Below, one piece after another: positions 52,068 through 63,581 of a stretch of DNA of 64,000 bases (position 1 is the first letter of the stretch; each line of letters starts with the position of its first letter). This stretch comes from an uncultured Chloroflexia bacterium (GTDB taxonomy: Bacteria > Chloroflexota > Limnocylindria > Limnocylindrales > CSP1-4): contig CAVPPB010000002.1 in assembly GCA_963707215.1 (NCBI GenBank), positions 320,001 to 384,000 of the forward strand, in the 5' to 3' direction. Below the pieces are notes generated by a model, which had not been told where the DNA came from, made no database searches, and saw nothing but the letters and a program-made list of their open reading frames with translations. Made by a program: the position numbers and the translations under genes.

Positions 52068-53033
52068 TCAGCTGGCGGGGGCGGCGAAGGGAACGGCCAG
52101 GCGGTCGGGAGCGGCGGGGTCGTCGGTCGCGAGCGTCTCGGTCCCGGGGGCGATCCGCTTGATGAGTCCGGTCAGGACACGGCCAGGCCCGACCTCGACG
52201 AAGGTCGTGACCCCATCGGCGGTCATCCGCTCGACGGCGGCGACCCAATCGACGCCGGTCGTCAGGTGGTCGACGAGCTCGGCCCGGGCGGCGTCCGCGG
52301 TCTCGATGAGCCGGGCGTCGGCGTTGGCCAGGAGCGGCGGGTGCGGATCGGCGAACTCGATCCCCGCGAGCACGGCGCGCATCCCCTCGGCCGCCTCGGC
52401 CATCAGCGGTGAGTGGGCGGCGACCGAGACCGGCAGCTCGAGCGCCCGCTTGGCCCCGAACCCCCTTGCCAGCCCGATCGCCGCCTCGATCGCCGCGGCC
52501 TCCCCGGAGAGGACGACCTGGCCGGGCGAGTTCCGGTTGGCGACGCCGACGATCCCGTGGACGCGGGCCTCGGCGAGCAGCTCCGGGACGCGCGCGTCGT
52601 CGAGACCGATGACGGCGGCCATCCGCCCGTCGCGACCCGCCCCTGACGCCTGCATCTGGAGCCCCCGCTCGCGGACGAGCCGGACCCCGTCGTCGAGGTC
52701 GAGCGAGCCGGCCGCGATCAGGGCGGTGTACTGGCCCATCGAATGACCGGCCGAGAAGGCCGGCGTCGGAGGATCGATGCCGAGGGCGACCCAGCGCTCG
52801 CGCAGCGCGGCCAGATAGGCGATGGACGTTGCCAGAAGGGCCGGTTGGGCGTTCTCCGTCCGGTTGAGCTCCTCCTCCGGGCCCTCCCAGGCGAGCCGGC
52901 TGATCGGCTCGCCGAGGGCGGCATCGGCGGCGACGAACACGGCGGCGGCCGCCGGCGACGCCTCGGCCAGCGCGCGGCCCATGCCGACGGACTGTGAGCC
53001 CTGGCCGGGGAATACGAAGGCGACGGTGGGCAC
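52068..53033 (-). CDS. fabD: Malonyl-CoA:ACP transacylase
   Basis: FPGQGSQ, GHSMG, VAAHS and EVGPG. RBS GGAGG. Confidence 0.95.
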   Translation of the reverse strand: MPTVAFVFPGQGSQSVGMGRALAEASPAAAAVFVAADAALGEPISRLAWEGPEEELNRTENAQPALLATSIAYLAALRERWVALGIDPPTPAFSAGHSMGQYTALIAAGSLDLDDGVRLVRERGLQMQASGAGRDGRMAAVIGLDDARVPELLAEARVHGIVGVANRNSPGQVVLSGEAAAIEAAIGLARGFGAKRALELPVSVAAHSPLMAEAAEGMRAVLAGIEFADPHPPLLANADARLIETADAARAELVDHLTTGVDWVAAVERMTADGVTTFVEVGPGRVLTGLIKRIAPGTETLATDDPAAPDRLAVPFAAPAS

Positions 53034-53146
53034 GGTACCTCCGTGGAGGGGAGACGGGACCGTCGCAGCGTACGCTACGTCCCCCTCCGGGAGGCACAGG
53101 TCGTTGCACGATTGCATGGATCGGTCGCGCCAGATACGCTGCCGGC

Positions 53147-53746
53147 ATGGACGCGACGTCGAAGACCGAGCCCGTGGCACCGCGACCGCCCCGTCGGCCT
53201 GCCCGCCGGCCGGCCCGGACCCGGACCATCGCCCGTGTCTTCGAGGCGGACCTCTCGGCTCCGGTCCTGGCGGCCAGCGGACGCGTCTCCAACCCCCGCC
53301 AGATCTCCGAGCGGATCGCCATGGGCCGGGCCCTGTGGCGCGAGCTCGTCACAGGGTTCGCGACCCAGCTCGCCGAGCTCCGCCTGGGCTTCACCCAGCT
53401 GGCGGCCCTCTACGTCCTGGCCGAGGGAAGGACGACGACCGTCACCGACCTGGCGGACGCCATCGGACGCTCGCCGTCGGCCACGAGCCGGCTCGTCGAG
53501 GGACTGGTCCAGCGCCGGCTCGTCGAGCGGCGCGGCGAGGCCGAGGACCGGCGCCTGCGAACGCTCCGCCTGACTCCCCGAGGTCAGGCGATCCTGCGGG
53601 TCGTCGACCGAGGGCGGGCCGAGCAGTTCCTGGGCGCGGTCCGGGCGCTCCCGTCGGACGAGCGACGGCTCATCGCGATGGGTGTCGCGGCGCTGGCGAC
53701 GAGCGCCATCTCGGATCGCGGCCGACTCGTCCGAGGTCGGCGCTAG
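53147..53746 (+). CDS. MarR family transcriptional regulator
   Basis: VTDLADAIG...SRLVEGLV..RLVER...DRR...LTPRG. Confidence 0.9.
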   Translation: MDATSKTEPVAPRPPRRPARRPARTRTIARVFEADLSAPVLAASGRVSNPRQISERIAMGRALWRELVTGFATQLAELRLGFTQLAALYVLAEGRTTTVTDLADAIGRSPSATSRLVEGLVQRRLVERRGEAEDRRLRTLRLTPRGQAILRVVDRGRAEQFLGAVRALPSDERRLIAMGVAALATSAISDRGRLVRGRR

Positions 53747-55374
53747 CGGGGCGTCAGGGATCCCCGGATCGCCAGGCCGAAGAGCCCGACGGCGGCCATG
53801 ACGGCGACCAGGCCGACCACGATGGCCGGGAGTGTGGCCGCGCTGATCGTGAAGCCGCCGGCCGCCGCCTCAGCCGGGCTGGCCACGAGACCGGAGCCGC
53901 TACCTCCTCCGCCCCCGCCGCCTCCTTCGGCCTCGCCTGCGCCACCGGCCGGATCCCCGGATCCGGCTCCCGGCTCGGCGGTCGGGGACGCCCCGGGCGT
54001 GCCGGGATCATCCGTCGCTCCGGTCGCGGGCGATCCCGATGCGAACGGAGCGTCCGGCGGCGCCGGCGGCGCTGCTCCGCTTGCGTCCGGCACGACGACG
54101 ACCCCGGTCATCTGGGGATGCAGGGTGCAGAAGTAGCGATAGGTACCGGGCGCGTCGAAGCGGCGCGACCAGCGCCCGCCGGCGGCCACGAAGCCGCTGT
54201 CGAAGCGCCCCGCCTGGTCGGTGACGGTGTGCGGCGCCCGGCCGGCGTTGACCCAGGTGACCGTGGCGCCCGGTCGGACGGTGATCGAGCCCGGCCGGTA
54301 GCCGAAATCGATCATCGTGACACCGCCGGGGCCCGGCGCCGGCGCGCCCGGCGGGGATGGCCGCGGCGATGCCGGCGCAGGGGCCGAGCCGTCGGAGCCG
54401 GTGACCACGAGCGTGGCGGTCATCTCCGGGTGGATCGTGCAGAGGTACGGGAACGTGCCCGGCACCGGGAACGTCCGGCTCCACGAACCGCCGCCGGCCA
54501 GGGTGCCGCTGTCGAACGAGCCATCGGCCGCGGTGGCCGTGTGGGGCGCCCGTCCCGCGTTGACCCAGGTCACCCGGGCGCCGGCCGGGACGGTCAGGGA
54601 CGCGGGCGCGTAGCGGAAGTCAAGGATCGTCACGCCGCCCAGTGGCGGCGTCGGCGCCGGTGGCGGCGTCGGCGCCGGGGTCGGGCTCGGGGCGGGCGGC
54701 GGGGTGGTCCCCGGCGCCGTGACGATGACGGTCCCGGTCATGTCCGGGTGGAGGACGCAGAGATAGCGGAAGGTGCCGGCGGACGGGAAGGAGCGCCGGT
54801 AGGTCGCCCCCGGCGCCATCGTCCCGCTGTCCCAGGCGTCGTCGGCGGCGGTCACCGTGTGGTCGCGCGAGTCGTCGTTGCGCCAGGTCACGGAGCCGCC
54901 GGGCGCGATCGTGACGCTCGTCGGGCGGAACACCCGGCCGGCCATCCCGACCGTCGCCACCGACGGGGGCGGGGTCGGCGTCGCGCCGGGCCCGGGGGCC
55001 GAGCTGGGGGGCGGCGTCGGGTTCGCTGACACGACGACCGAACCCTGGAACGCTGGATCGTCCTTGTTGCGCTCATCCCGGTAGGCGGTCGTGCCGAGCG
55101 CGTCGAAGACCAAGGTGAAGGTCTGGCCGGGCTCGAGGTCACCGGAGTCGAACTCCGTCGGCCCGCTCGTCGACCGGACGCGGTGGCGATTGCCGGACTC
55201 GTTGACCCAGGTCACGGTCGTTCCCGGCGTGATGGCGAGCTCGGCAGGCTCGAGGCGGTCGGTGATCCGGATGGTCGCCGTGGCCGCGTCGGCGACCGGG
55301 ACATCGAGGCCCGACGCGAGGAGGAAACCGACGATGGCGAGGGTGCCTCCGACGCGGAGGGCCCGGGCGATCAA
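53743..55374 (-). CDS. Membrane-anchored protein with four cupredoxin domains (start uncertain)
   Basis: Four 'VTWxN...H' domains, three carrying C-x2-HP-x-M. Pro-rich linkers and a C-terminal TM. Confidence 0.85.
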   Translation of the reverse strand: MIARALRVGGTLAIVGFLLASGLDVPVADAATATIRITDRLEPAELAITPGTTVTWVNESGNRHRVRSTSGPTEFDSGDLEPGQTFTLVFDALGTTAYRDERNKDDPAFQGSVVVSANPTPPPSSAPGPGATPTPPPSVATVGMAGRVFRPTSVTIAPGGSVTWRNDDSRDHTVTAADDAWDSGTMAPGATYRRSFPSAGTFRYLCVLHPDMTGTVIVTAPGTTPPPAPSPTPAPTPPPAPTPPLGGVTILDFRYAPASLTVPAGARVTWVNAGRAPHTATAADGSFDSGTLAGGGSWSRTFPVPGTFPYLCTIHPEMTATLVVTGSDGSAPAPASPRPSPPGAPAPGPGGVTMIDFGYRPGSITVRPGATVTWVNAGRAPHTVTDQAGRFDSGFVAAGGRWSRRFDAPGTYRYFCTLHPQMTGVVVVPDASGAAPPAPPDAPFASGSPATGATDDPGTPGASPTAEPGAGSGDPAGGAGEAEGGGGGGGGSGSGLVASPAEAAAGGFTISAATLPAIVVGLVAVMAAVGLFGLAIRGSLTPR

Positions 55375-55523
55375 GTCGCACCGTCCAGGGTGGTCGAGGG
55401 CATCCGAGGTCCTCCCCTGCCGATCAGCGCCCCGTCGGGGCAGGCGCCGAAGCGGGCCGCATGGCCCGTCGATGGTCATGAGGCGGCCGGAGCCCGAAAG
55501 GTTTCGTGCTTCGCGGCGACGGG

Positions 55524-56954
55524 TCAGCCGCAGTAGCGGCGGACGACGTCGTAGAGGACCGGCAAGCCGAAGCGCAGGGCCTCGAGCGAGACCCGCTCGT
55601 CGGTCCCGTGGAACCGTTCCAGGAAGCGCTCGTCGGGGTCCAGGCGGAGCGGGCTGAAGCCGTAGGTGGGGACGCCCAGCTTGATCGTGTGCTTGGCGTC
55701 GGTCGCGAACGGGGCCATCGCCGGCGCCGGGACCGCCTCGGGGTCGTGGTCGACCAGGGTGTCCGCCATGATCCGGTAGAGCTCGCCCTCGGCCGGGGCC
55801 TCGACCGCCGGTGCCACCAGGTACGGCTCGATCTCGCAGACGGCTGCCAGCTCGTCACCGAGCCTGGCCCGGATCCGCTCGCGCAGCGCCGCCTCGGTGG
55901 TGCCCGGCAGGGTCCTGCAATCGACATGGATCTCGGCGCTGCCCGGGATCACGTTGTACTTCACGCCGGCCGCGACGATGTCGGGGCTGATCGTGTCGCG
56001 CAGGAGAGCGCGCGCCGCGCGGGTCAGGCTCGGATCGCAGGCTCGGTCGAGTGCCGCGTCGGCAGCCGGGTCGCCGTCGGCCAGACCCCGCAGGAGCTCC
56101 GCCGTAGACCCGCCCGTCGCGTCGGCGGCCGTGTGCAGGAACCGGGCCATCACCGGGGTCACCCGGGCCGGCTCCGGGTCGGCGAGCCGGGTCACGATGG
56201 CAGCCGCCCGGACGGCCGCGTTGTCCGGCCGGGGCATCGAGGCGTGCCCCCAGGTTCCCTGGACCGTGATCCGGTAGACGGCGTAGCCCTTCTCGGCCAC
56301 GCCGATCGGGTAGAGGCGTCGCCCGGCGACCGTGACCGAGACACCACCGCACTCGTTGAGGGCGCCGTCCGCGCGCAGCCAGTCCGGCCGGTGCTCCACG
56401 ATCCAGCCGGCCCCGGCGTGACCGCCGGCCTCCTCGTCGGCGGTCGCCGCGAAGAGCACGTCCCGCCGCAGGCCGGGGATGGGATCGCTGGCCGGATCGA
56501 GCCCGGCGGTCCGCGCCTCCCTGGCAAGAGCCAGCATGACGGCGAGCTCCATCGCCACCATGCCCTTCATGTCGACGGCACCGCGGCCCCACACGTAACC
56601 GTCGTCGATGTCCGCGCCGAAGGGGTCGTGGGTCCAGCCGTCGGGGGGCGCGGGGACGACGTCGACGTGGGACAGCAGCAGCAGGGGCCCGCCGCCGGAT
56701 CCGTCGCCGCGGAGCCGGGCGGCGACCGATCCCCGGCCCGGGAACGGCTCGACGACCTCGGGGCGCAGCCCTTCCGCCGCCAGTCGATCGGCGACGAGCC
56801 GGGCGGCCCGGAGCTCACCGTCGCCCGGCGGCTCGGGCGGGTTGACGGAGGGGATCCGGATCAGCTCCCGCAGGAGCTCGACCAGCTCATCGTGGGCCCG
56901 CGCCCAGGCCCCCGGCTCGAGGGCATCGGACGGCCGGCCGGGGCCCGAGCCCAT
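55524..56954 (-). CDS. M20/M25/M40 metallo-hydrolase
   Basis: SHVDVVP, GRGAVDMKG, ADEEAG, GHAS and FHG..E. Confidence 0.92.
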   Translation of the reverse strand: MGSGPGRPSDALEPGAWARAHDELVELLRELIRIPSVNPPEPPGDGELRAARLVADRLAAEGLRPEVVEPFPGRGSVAARLRGDGSGGGPLLLLSHVDVVPAPPDGWTHDPFGADIDDGYVWGRGAVDMKGMVAMELAVMLALAREARTAGLDPASDPIPGLRRDVLFAATADEEAGGHAGAGWIVEHRPDWLRADGALNECGGVSVTVAGRRLYPIGVAEKGYAVYRITVQGTWGHASMPRPDNAAVRAAAIVTRLADPEPARVTPVMARFLHTAADATGGSTAELLRGLADGDPAADAALDRACDPSLTRAARALLRDTISPDIVAAGVKYNVIPGSAEIHVDCRTLPGTTEAALRERIRARLGDELAAVCEIEPYLVAPAVEAPAEGELYRIMADTLVDHDPEAVPAPAMAPFATDAKHTIKLGVPTYGFSPLRLDPDERFLERFHGTDERVSLEALRFGLPVLYDVVRRYCG

Positions 56955-56956
56955 CC

Positions 56957-57303
56957 TCAGACGCCCAGCAGCTCGCCGACGATGACGCCGATGATCCCCA
57001 GGACGAACCCGCCGAGGACGATGCCGACGACCATCGCCACGAGCAGGCGGACGTAGCGTCGCTCGCCCTCGACCGTTCGCTGGAGGTCTGGGTCCTCGCC
57101 ACCGGCGATGTACAGGCCGGGCAGGCCCTTGTCGCGAGCGATCGCGGCGCGGGCCGTGTAGGCCTGTGGCGGGGGCGCCGGCCTGGGCGTTGCGAGCTGC
57201 CCGGGTCCGTCGGTCGGCGGGACCGCGCCCGTCGCGTCGTCGCCCGTGCGCCGTCGGTGCTCGCGTCCTCGTCGGTGGGCGCTGGGGTCCGCTCGTCGCT
57301 CAC
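56957..57303 (-). CDS. Small membrane protein, probable frameshift near 57245
   Basis: C-terminal ARDKGLPGLYIAGGEDPD...ERRYVRLLVAMVVGIVLGGFVLGII; the GTG start lies in another frame. Confidence 0.55.
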
Positions 57304-57353
57304 CGGGTCATCATGCCCCACCATCGGATCGGCCGCCGGCCGCGCCCCCGACG

Positions 57354-58238
57354 TCACCCGAGCGTCTCACGCAGCGGCTCGGCCACCTCGCGGGCGAGGA
57401 CCCGGAGGCCGTCGGGGCCCAGGCTCGAACGCAGCGCCAGGACCAGCTCGGTCGCGCCGGCTCGAGCGAGGGCGGCGCCGATCTCGACCGAGCGCCGGTG
57501 GGCGGCGGCGTCGGTCCCGGTCGCGACCTGGCCGACGAAGGCGAACCGGGACGGATCGCGACCCTCGTCCTCCAGCGCCCCGAGCAGCGCGTCGCGGCGG
57601 TCGACGAAGTACTCGACGTCGTCCGCCCGGTCGCCTGGCAGGATCCAGCCGTCGGCGGAACGTGCCGCAAGGGCGATGCCTCGCCGCTTCTGGCCGCCGA
57701 GGTAGATCGGCGGGCCGCCGGGCCGGGTCGGACCGGGCTCGTTGGTCGCCTCCACCAGCGGGTAGAAGGGGTCGGGTCGGGTGACACCCGGCGGCGCGGC
57801 CGCCTCTGCCGAGAAGAGCGCCCGGAGCACGCCGACGGCGCTCTCGAGCCGGTCGATCCGCTCGCCGATCGGGGGCAGCTCGAGGCCGAACGCCCGGTGC
57901 TCGCCTTCGTGCCAGCCGGCCCCCAGACCGACGACGAAGCGGCCGCCGCTGGCCAGGTCGAGGACGGTGGCGGCCTTGGCCAGGACGGCCGGGTGGCGGA
58001 AGGTGTTCGACAGGACGCCGTGGCCGAGCCACTTGCCCGGGACGTGGTGGGCCAGCGCGGCCATCGCGGTGAGCGCCTCCAGGCTCGGGCCGCTCCGGTC
58101 GGGGGCCATGTCCGTCAGGTGGTCGTTCATCCAGCCGCCGTCGAGGACCGGCAGCTCTCCGGCCGCGACCCAGGTCGCCTCGAGGGTCGCCCAGTCGACC
58201 TGCTGCGGCGAGGTCTTGAACCAGAGCCGGACGCTCAC
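57354..58238 (-). CDS. LLM class flavin-dependent oxidoreductase
   Basis: WMNDH, FRHPAVLAK, SGGR..GLGAGW..EH and PPIYLGG. Confidence 0.9.
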   Translation of the reverse strand: MSVRLWFKTSPQQVDWATLEATWVAAGELPVLDGGWMNDHLTDMAPDRSGPSLEALTAMAALAHHVPGKWLGHGVLSNTFRHPAVLAKAATVLDLASGGRFVVGLGAGWHEGEHRAFGLELPPIGERIDRLESAVGVLRALFSAEAAAPPGVTRPDPFYPLVEATNEPGPTRPGGPPIYLGGQKRRGIALAARSADGWILPGDRADDVEYFVDRRDALLGALEDEGRDPSRFAFVGQVATGTDAAAHRRSVEIGAALARAGATELVLALRSSLGPDGLRVLAREVAEPLRETLG

Positions 58239-59230
58239 CCCGCCGCCTCCGTGGTCGGATGCGTCAGCGGGCCGCGCATGAGATGGCGGTCGGGGAGCGG
58301 CCGGTAGCCGAGCCGGCCGTTGATCGAGCGCATCGGGGCATTCTCGGTGTCGTTGGTCGTCTCGAGGGCGACGAGGCCCGCCCCGATGGCCCAGGCGACG
58401 GTCGCTCGCTTCAGGGCCGAGGCGATCCCCCGGCCTCGTGCCGAGCGGGCGACCGCGGTCATGTCGTGGATGCCCACGTCGGGCCGTTCGTCGGACACGG
58501 TGACGTTGGCGTAGCCCACCACCCGGTCGGCCGCGTCGAGGGCGACGAAGAACGCGTCCGGCCGGTTGCCGGGCGAGTCGACGTCGCGGGCCCGGAACTC
58601 GTCGAGATCGCCCGCGGCCATCGGCTCGGAGCCGGGGATGTCGGGGAACGCCTCGATCGCGACGGCGTGGATCCCGGACAGCAGGTCGGGACGGTCCGCG
58701 AGCGTGACCATCCGGATGCCGGTAGGCAGCGTCACGGCCGGCGCCGTCCGTCCGGCCAGGTCGAGGCGGACCGCCTTCGAGGTCTCGATGACCTCGAAGT
58801 CCCGGTGCCGGAGGAACTCCATGCTCTCCGGCCGATCCGCCCGGACCTGGGTCTCGAGGGCGAGCTTGCCGGCGACCCGGGCCACGGCGGACACGGCCGC
58901 GAGGAGCCGGGAGCCGATGCCCTGCCGCCGCGCGTCCGGGAGGACGGCCACGGACATCCAGTACGCGTCGTACTCGGCCGGCAGGACGAAGATCCGGCCC
59001 ACGTCGGCCATGCCGACGGCACTCCCGGCCCCGTCCTCGGCGAGGAAGAAGGCGCCGCCCGGATAGAGGGCGTAGGCCCAGCGCAGCCAGGCGGCGCCCC
59101 GGGCGTCGTCGGGGTCGACCGCGGCGAGGACCCGGGCGGCCGACTCGAAGTCCGCGTCGGTGCCGTCCGCCCGGCGGATCCGGATGGCGGGCGCCTCACC
59201 GCGCTCGGCCACCCGGGCCGGTCCGGTCAC
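58235..59230 (-). CDS. Tandem GNAT N-acetyltransferase
   Basis: RRQGIG and RGRGIA motif A; TTND..N.PM..IN..LGY. Confidence 0.88.
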   Translation of the reverse strand: MTGPARVAERGEAPAIRIRRADGTDADFESAARVLAAVDPDDARGAAWLRWAYALYPGGAFFLAEDGAGSAVGMADVGRIFVLPAEYDAYWMSVAVLPDARRQGIGSRLLAAVSAVARVAGKLALETQVRADRPESMEFLRHRDFEVIETSKAVRLDLAGRTAPAVTLPTGIRMVTLADRPDLLSGIHAVAIEAFPDIPGSEPMAAGDLDEFRARDVDSPGNRPDAFFVALDAADRVVGYANVTVSDERPDVGIHDMTAVARSARGRGIASALKRATVAWAIGAGLVALETTNDTENAPMRSINGRLGYRPLPDRHLMRGPLTHPTTEAAG

Positions 59231-60966
59231 GATCGGACGAGCTCGGCGGCCAGTCGGGACCCCGTCGTCACCGCCCCCTCCGACGCCGAGCTGACCAGGG
59301 CCGCGTACTTGGCCAGGACGCCCGTCCGGTAGCGAGGCTCGGGTGCCGACCACGCGGCCCGGCGCCGCTCGAGCTCCTCGTCCTCCACGTCGAGGTCGAG
59401 TCGCTTCGCATCGACGTCGATGACGATCCGGTCGCCCTCCGCGACGAGCGCGATCGGCCCTCCGAGCGCCGCTTCCGGCGCGACATGGCCGATCATCAGC
59501 CCATGGGTGCCGCCGGAGAAGCGGCCGTCGGTGAGCAGTGCGACCGAGTTGCCGAGCCCCTCCCCGACGAGCGCCGCGGTGACGCTCAGCATCTCCTGCA
59601 TGCCCGGGCCGCCGACCGGGCCCTCGTTGCGGATGACGACGACGTCGCCCGGGACGATCCGCTGGGCCTTGACCGCCTCGAAGCAGGCCGCCTCCGATTC
59701 GAAGACCCGCGCCGCGCCCTCGTGCCGGCGGCGCTCGTGGCCGGCCAGCTTGACGACGCAGCCGTCCGGCGCCAGCGAGCCACGCAGGATCGTCAGCCCG
59801 CCGACGGGCTTGATGGGGGTCTCGATCGAGACGACGACCTGCTGGCCGGACGCCTCGACGGCCTCGACGGCGATCCGGTCGATCGTCCTGCCGTCGACGG
59901 TCCGGGACCTGCCGTGGAGCAGTCCGCGCTTCAGCAGCTCGCGCACGACGAGGGCGACACCGCCGGCCTCGTACATGTCGGCGGCGGTGTAACGGCCGCC
60001 CGGCTGCATGTCGGCGACGATCGGCGTCCGGTCGGCGATCGCCCCGAACTCGTCGAGCTCGAAGGGGATCCCGAACTCGTGGGCGATGGCCAGCAGATGC
60101 AGGACGCCGTTCGTGCTGCCGCCCGTCGCCGCGACCGACGCGACGGCGTTCTCGAGGGCCTCACGGGTCACGATCGACGACGGCCGGATGTCGTGGCGGA
60201 CGAGCGTCATGGCGAGCTCGCCGGACCGCCGGGCGGCCGTCTCCTTCTCAGGATGCTCGGCCGGGATGCCGTTGAGCCCGGCCGGGCTGAGGCCCAGGAA
60301 CTCGAGCGCGGTCGACATCGTGTTGGCGGTGAACTGGCCGCCGCAGGCGCCCGCACCCGGGCAGGCGGCGTTCTCGACCTCGTAGAGCTCCTCGAGTGAG
60401 ATCTTCCCGGCCCGGTAGGCGCCGACCGCCTCGAAGACGGTGACGATGGTCGCGTCGCGCTTGCCCTTGTAGACCCCCGGGTAGATGGTGCCGTTGTAGA
60501 GGACGAGCCCCGGGATGTCGAGCCGGCCGAGAGCCATGGCGGCGGCCGGGATGGTCTTGTCGCAGCCGACGAGGCAGACCAGCCCGTCGAAGAGGTGGCC
60601 ACGGGCGACGAGCTCGATCGAGTCGGCGATGACCTCGCGGCTGACCAGCGAGGCCTTCATCCCCTCGGTCCCCATCGAGACCCCGTCCGAGACGGCGACG
60701 GTGTTGAACTCCATCGGTGTCCCGCCGGCGGCCCGGATGCCCTCCTTGACCAGCTCGGCGAGCCGGCGCTGGTTGTAGTTGCAGGGCATCGTCTCGATCC
60801 AGGTCGTGGCCACGCCGAGAATGGGCTTGGCCAGGTCGTCGTCGGTGAAGCCGATCGCCTTGAGCATGGCCCGCGCCGGGGCGCGGTCGGGGCCGTCGGT
60901 CAGGGCATGGCTCTTGCGCTTGCCGACGTCGGTGGGGCGGTCGTAGGGCAGCCAGTGGTCGGACAT
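59227..60966 (-). CDS. ilvD: Dihydroxy-acid dehydratase
   Basis: [22 protein letters not shown] and TDGRFSG. Confidence 0.96.
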   Translation of the reverse strand: MSDHWLPYDRPTDVGKRKSHALTDGPDRAPARAMLKAIGFTDDDLAKPILGVATTWIETMPCNYNQRRLAELVKEGIRAAGGTPMEFNTVAVSDGVSMGTEGMKASLVSREVIADSIELVARGHLFDGLVCLVGCDKTIPAAAMALGRLDIPGLVLYNGTIYPGVYKGKRDATIVTVFEAVGAYRAGKISLEELYEVENAACPGAGACGGQFTANTMSTALEFLGLSPAGLNGIPAEHPEKETAARRSGELAMTLVRHDIRPSSIVTREALENAVASVAATGGSTNGVLHLLAIAHEFGIPFELDEFGAIADRTPIVADMQPGGRYTAADMYEAGGVALVVRELLKRGLLHGRSRTVDGRTIDRIAVEAVEASGQQVVVSIETPIKPVGGLTILRGSLAPDGCVVKLAGHERRRHEGAARVFESEAACFEAVKAQRIVPGDVVVIRNEGPVGGPGMQEMLSVTAALVGEGLGNSVALLTDGRFSGGTHGLMIGHVAPEAALGGPIALVAEGDRIVIDVDAKRLDLDVEDEELERRRAAWSAPEPRYRTGVLAKYAALVSSASEGAVTTGSRLAAELVRS

Positions 60967-61110
60967 CGGGATCCTCGCGGCAGCGGGGTCGATCGACAGG
61001 CGACGCCTCGCGTGATCGGTCGACCAGAGTCTAGGCCGACACGGGATGCGGCGGCGGGCCTCGGCCGGCTGGCGGTACCCACGGACCGGCGGGCGGTCGG
61101 CGGTCAGCGA

Positions 61111-61128
61111 TGCGTACACTAGTATGCA
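61111..61128. promoter_or_regulatory. Imperfect palindrome, possible GntR-family operator
   Basis: TGCGTACACTAGTATGCA, an AT-rich island in the divergent ilvD/molybdoenzyme intergenic region. Confidence 0.45.
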
Positions 61129-61176
61129 AGCGTCCCGCGGCTGGGCTGCCGGGACATCGAGCCAGGAGGCCATGAC

Positions 61177-63579
61177 GTGACGGTGGGTTGGGCGCACCGG
61201 GGAACCGCCGATCCCGGTCGATGGAGCGGCATGATCGACGCCCGCGACCGGGTGACGGGTCGGATCCCGTACACCATCGATGTCCGCCTGCCGGGGATGC
61301 TCGAGGCGGCCGTCCTGCGCAGTCACCTGCCGCACGCCCGCGTCGTGAGCGTCGACGCGAGCCGGGCCCGTGCGCTCCCGGGAGTCGCCGCGGTCCTGAC
61401 CGGGGCCGACATCCTGGCCCGCGGCGATCTGCGGCCCCGCTTCGGCCCGGTCTTCCGCGATCGCCCGATCCTGGCCTTCGACAAGGTCCGCTACATCGGC
61501 GACCCGGTCGCCGCGGTCGCGGCGGTCGACCGGGACACGGCCCTCGAGGCGATCTCGCTGATCGACGTCGAGTACGAGGAGCTGCCGGCGGTCCTCGACA
61601 TCGACGCTGCCATCGCCGATGGTGCGCCGCTGGTCCATGAGGAGCCGCCCTCCGCCGGCGCGACCTTCGCCGACGTCATCGTCAATGCCTCCGGCGGCAC
61701 CAACATCTGCAATACGTTCCGCCTCCGGCACGGGGACGTCGAGGCCGGCTTCGCCGAGGCCGACGAGGTCTTCGAGGATGTGGTGAGCAGCCCGGCGGTC
61801 CAGCATGTCCCGCTCGAGACACATGCCTGCGTCGCGCGGATCGACGGCGATGGCGTCACGGTCTGGGCCACCAGCCAGATCCCCTTCATGCTGCGGTCGC
61901 AGCTGGCCGAGATCCTGGACCTGCCGGCCTCGAAGGTCCGGGTGATCGTGAACACGCTGGGTGGCGGCTATGGCGCCAAGTGCTACCCCAGCATCGAGCC
62001 GATCGCGGTCGCGTTGGCTCTCGCTTCCCGGCGGCCCGTCCGCCTTCACATCAGCCGCGAGGAGGAGTTCATCACCATCACCAAGCACGGCGTGCAGATC
62101 CGGATGGCGACCGGGGTCATGCGCGACGGGCGGATCGTGGCTCGCAGGGCGACGGGCTGGTTCAACACCGGCGCCTACGCCGACATCGGCCCGCGGCTGA
62201 TCAAGAACGGCGGCTACGGGACCGGCGGCCCGCACCACGTGCCGCATGTCTGGGTCGACTCTCACGCTGTCTACACGAACCTACCCCCGGCCGGAGCCTA
62301 CCGCGGCTACGGGATCAGCCAGGCCGCCTGGGCCTACGAGACCCAGATGGACCTCATCGCCGAGCGGATGGGTTGGGACCCCTACGAGTTCCGGATGCAG
62401 AACCTCCTGCGCAACGGCGAGGCCTTCGCGACCGGTGACGTCATGACCGACGCCCACTTCACCGAGATGCTCGAGGAGGTCGCCGGACGGGTCGGCTGGT
62501 CCTGGCCGGCCGAGGTCGAGCGCGAGGGCAGCAAGGTCCGGGCCAAGGGGCTCTCCTGCATCATCAAGGGCTCGATCACGCCGTCGACCTCGACCGCCGT
62601 GGCGAAGATGAACGACGACGCCACGGTCCAGGTCCTGACCAGCTCGGTCGAGATGGGCCAGGGGCTTCGCTCGGCGATGGCCGTGGTCGCCGCCGAGGCC
62701 CTCGGGATCCGGGTCGAGACCGTGTCGGTCACCACGCCCGACACCGAGTTCACGCCCTACGACCAGCAGACGAGCTCGTCTCGCTCGGCCTTCGCCATGG
62801 GCGGGGCCGTCGAGGCCGCCGCCGGCGAGATCCGCAAGAAGCTGTTGAGACTCGCGGCCGATGAGCTGGAGATCGGTGTCGACGACCTCGAGCTGGCCGA
62901 CGGAGCCGTGGTGGTGAAGGGGTCCCCGGACCGACGGATCGAGTTCGGCGAGCTGATCCGCAGGACGCGCTCCGCCAACCTCGTCGGCGAGGGCCGCCAC
63001 CAGACGTACGGCGGCCTGGACCCGGAGACCGGCCAGGGGATCGCCAGCCCGCATTGGCACCAGGCGGCCGGAGCGGCCGAGGTCGAGGTGGACCTCGAGA
63101 CCGGCAAGGTGGATGTGCTCCGGTACCACGCGGCGGTCTACGCCGGGCGCATCCTCAATCCGGTCCAGTGCGAGCTCCAGACCGAGGGCAACGTCGCCTT
63201 CGGCATCGGCCACGCGCTCCTGGAGGAGATGGTCTTCGACGGCGGGCAGCTGCAGAACGGCAATCTCGGCGACTACATGATCGCGAGTGCCGAGGACATG
63301 CCGCGCGAGCTCACGGTCAGTGTCATGGAGAACCACGAGACGCGCGAGATCCATGGTGTCGGCGAGACGTCGCTCCCGGCCGTGATGCCCGCCATCGCCA
63401 GTGCCGTCGCGAGGGCGACCGGCGTCCGGATCCTGGACCTGCCGATCACCGCGGAGAAGATCCTCCGGGGCATCCGCGAACGGGAGGGGTCGTCCGGCTC
63501 GGGGTCGTCGCAGGGTGGCGAGGTCCGGCCCGGGGACGATCGTCGGCCCGGCGGTGGAATCGGCTCCGAGGCCAGCTGA
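61177..63579 (+). CDS. Xanthine dehydrogenase family molybdopterin-binding subunit
   Basis: [19 protein letters not shown] and GVGE motifs. Start uncertain (61177-61231). Confidence 0.92.
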   Translation: MTVGWAHRGTADPGRWSGMIDARDRVTGRIPYTIDVRLPGMLEAAVLRSHLPHARVVSVDASRARALPGVAAVLTGADILARGDLRPRFGPVFRDRPILAFDKVRYIGDPVAAVAAVDRDTALEAISLIDVEYEELPAVLDIDAAIADGAPLVHEEPPSAGATFADVIVNASGGTNICNTFRLRHGDVEAGFAEADEVFEDVVSSPAVQHVPLETHACVARIDGDGVTVWATSQIPFMLRSQLAEILDLPASKVRVIVNTLGGGYGAKCYPSIEPIAVALALASRRPVRLHISREEEFITITKHGVQIRMATGVMRDGRIVARRATGWFNTGAYADIGPRLIKNGGYGTGGPHHVPHVWVDSHAVYTNLPPAGAYRGYGISQAAWAYETQMDLIAERMGWDPYEFRMQNLLRNGEAFATGDVMTDAHFTEMLEEVAGRVGWSWPAEVEREGSKVRAKGLSCIIKGSITPSTSTAVAKMNDDATVQVLTSSVEMGQGLRSAMAVVAAEALGIRVETVSVTTPDTEFTPYDQQTSSSRSAFAMGGAVEAAAGEIRKKLLRLAADELEIGVDDLELADGAVVVKGSPDRRIEFGELIRRTRSANLVGEGRHQTYGGLDPETGQGIASPHWHQAAGAAEVEVDLETGKVDVLRYHAAVYAGRILNPVQCELQTEGNVAFGIGHALLEEMVFDGGQLQNGNLGDYMIASAEDMPRELTVSVMENHETREIHGVGETSLPAVMPAIASAVARATGVRILDLPITAEKILRGIREREGSSGSGSSQGGEVRPGDDRRPGGGIGSEAS

Positions 63580-63581
63580 CG

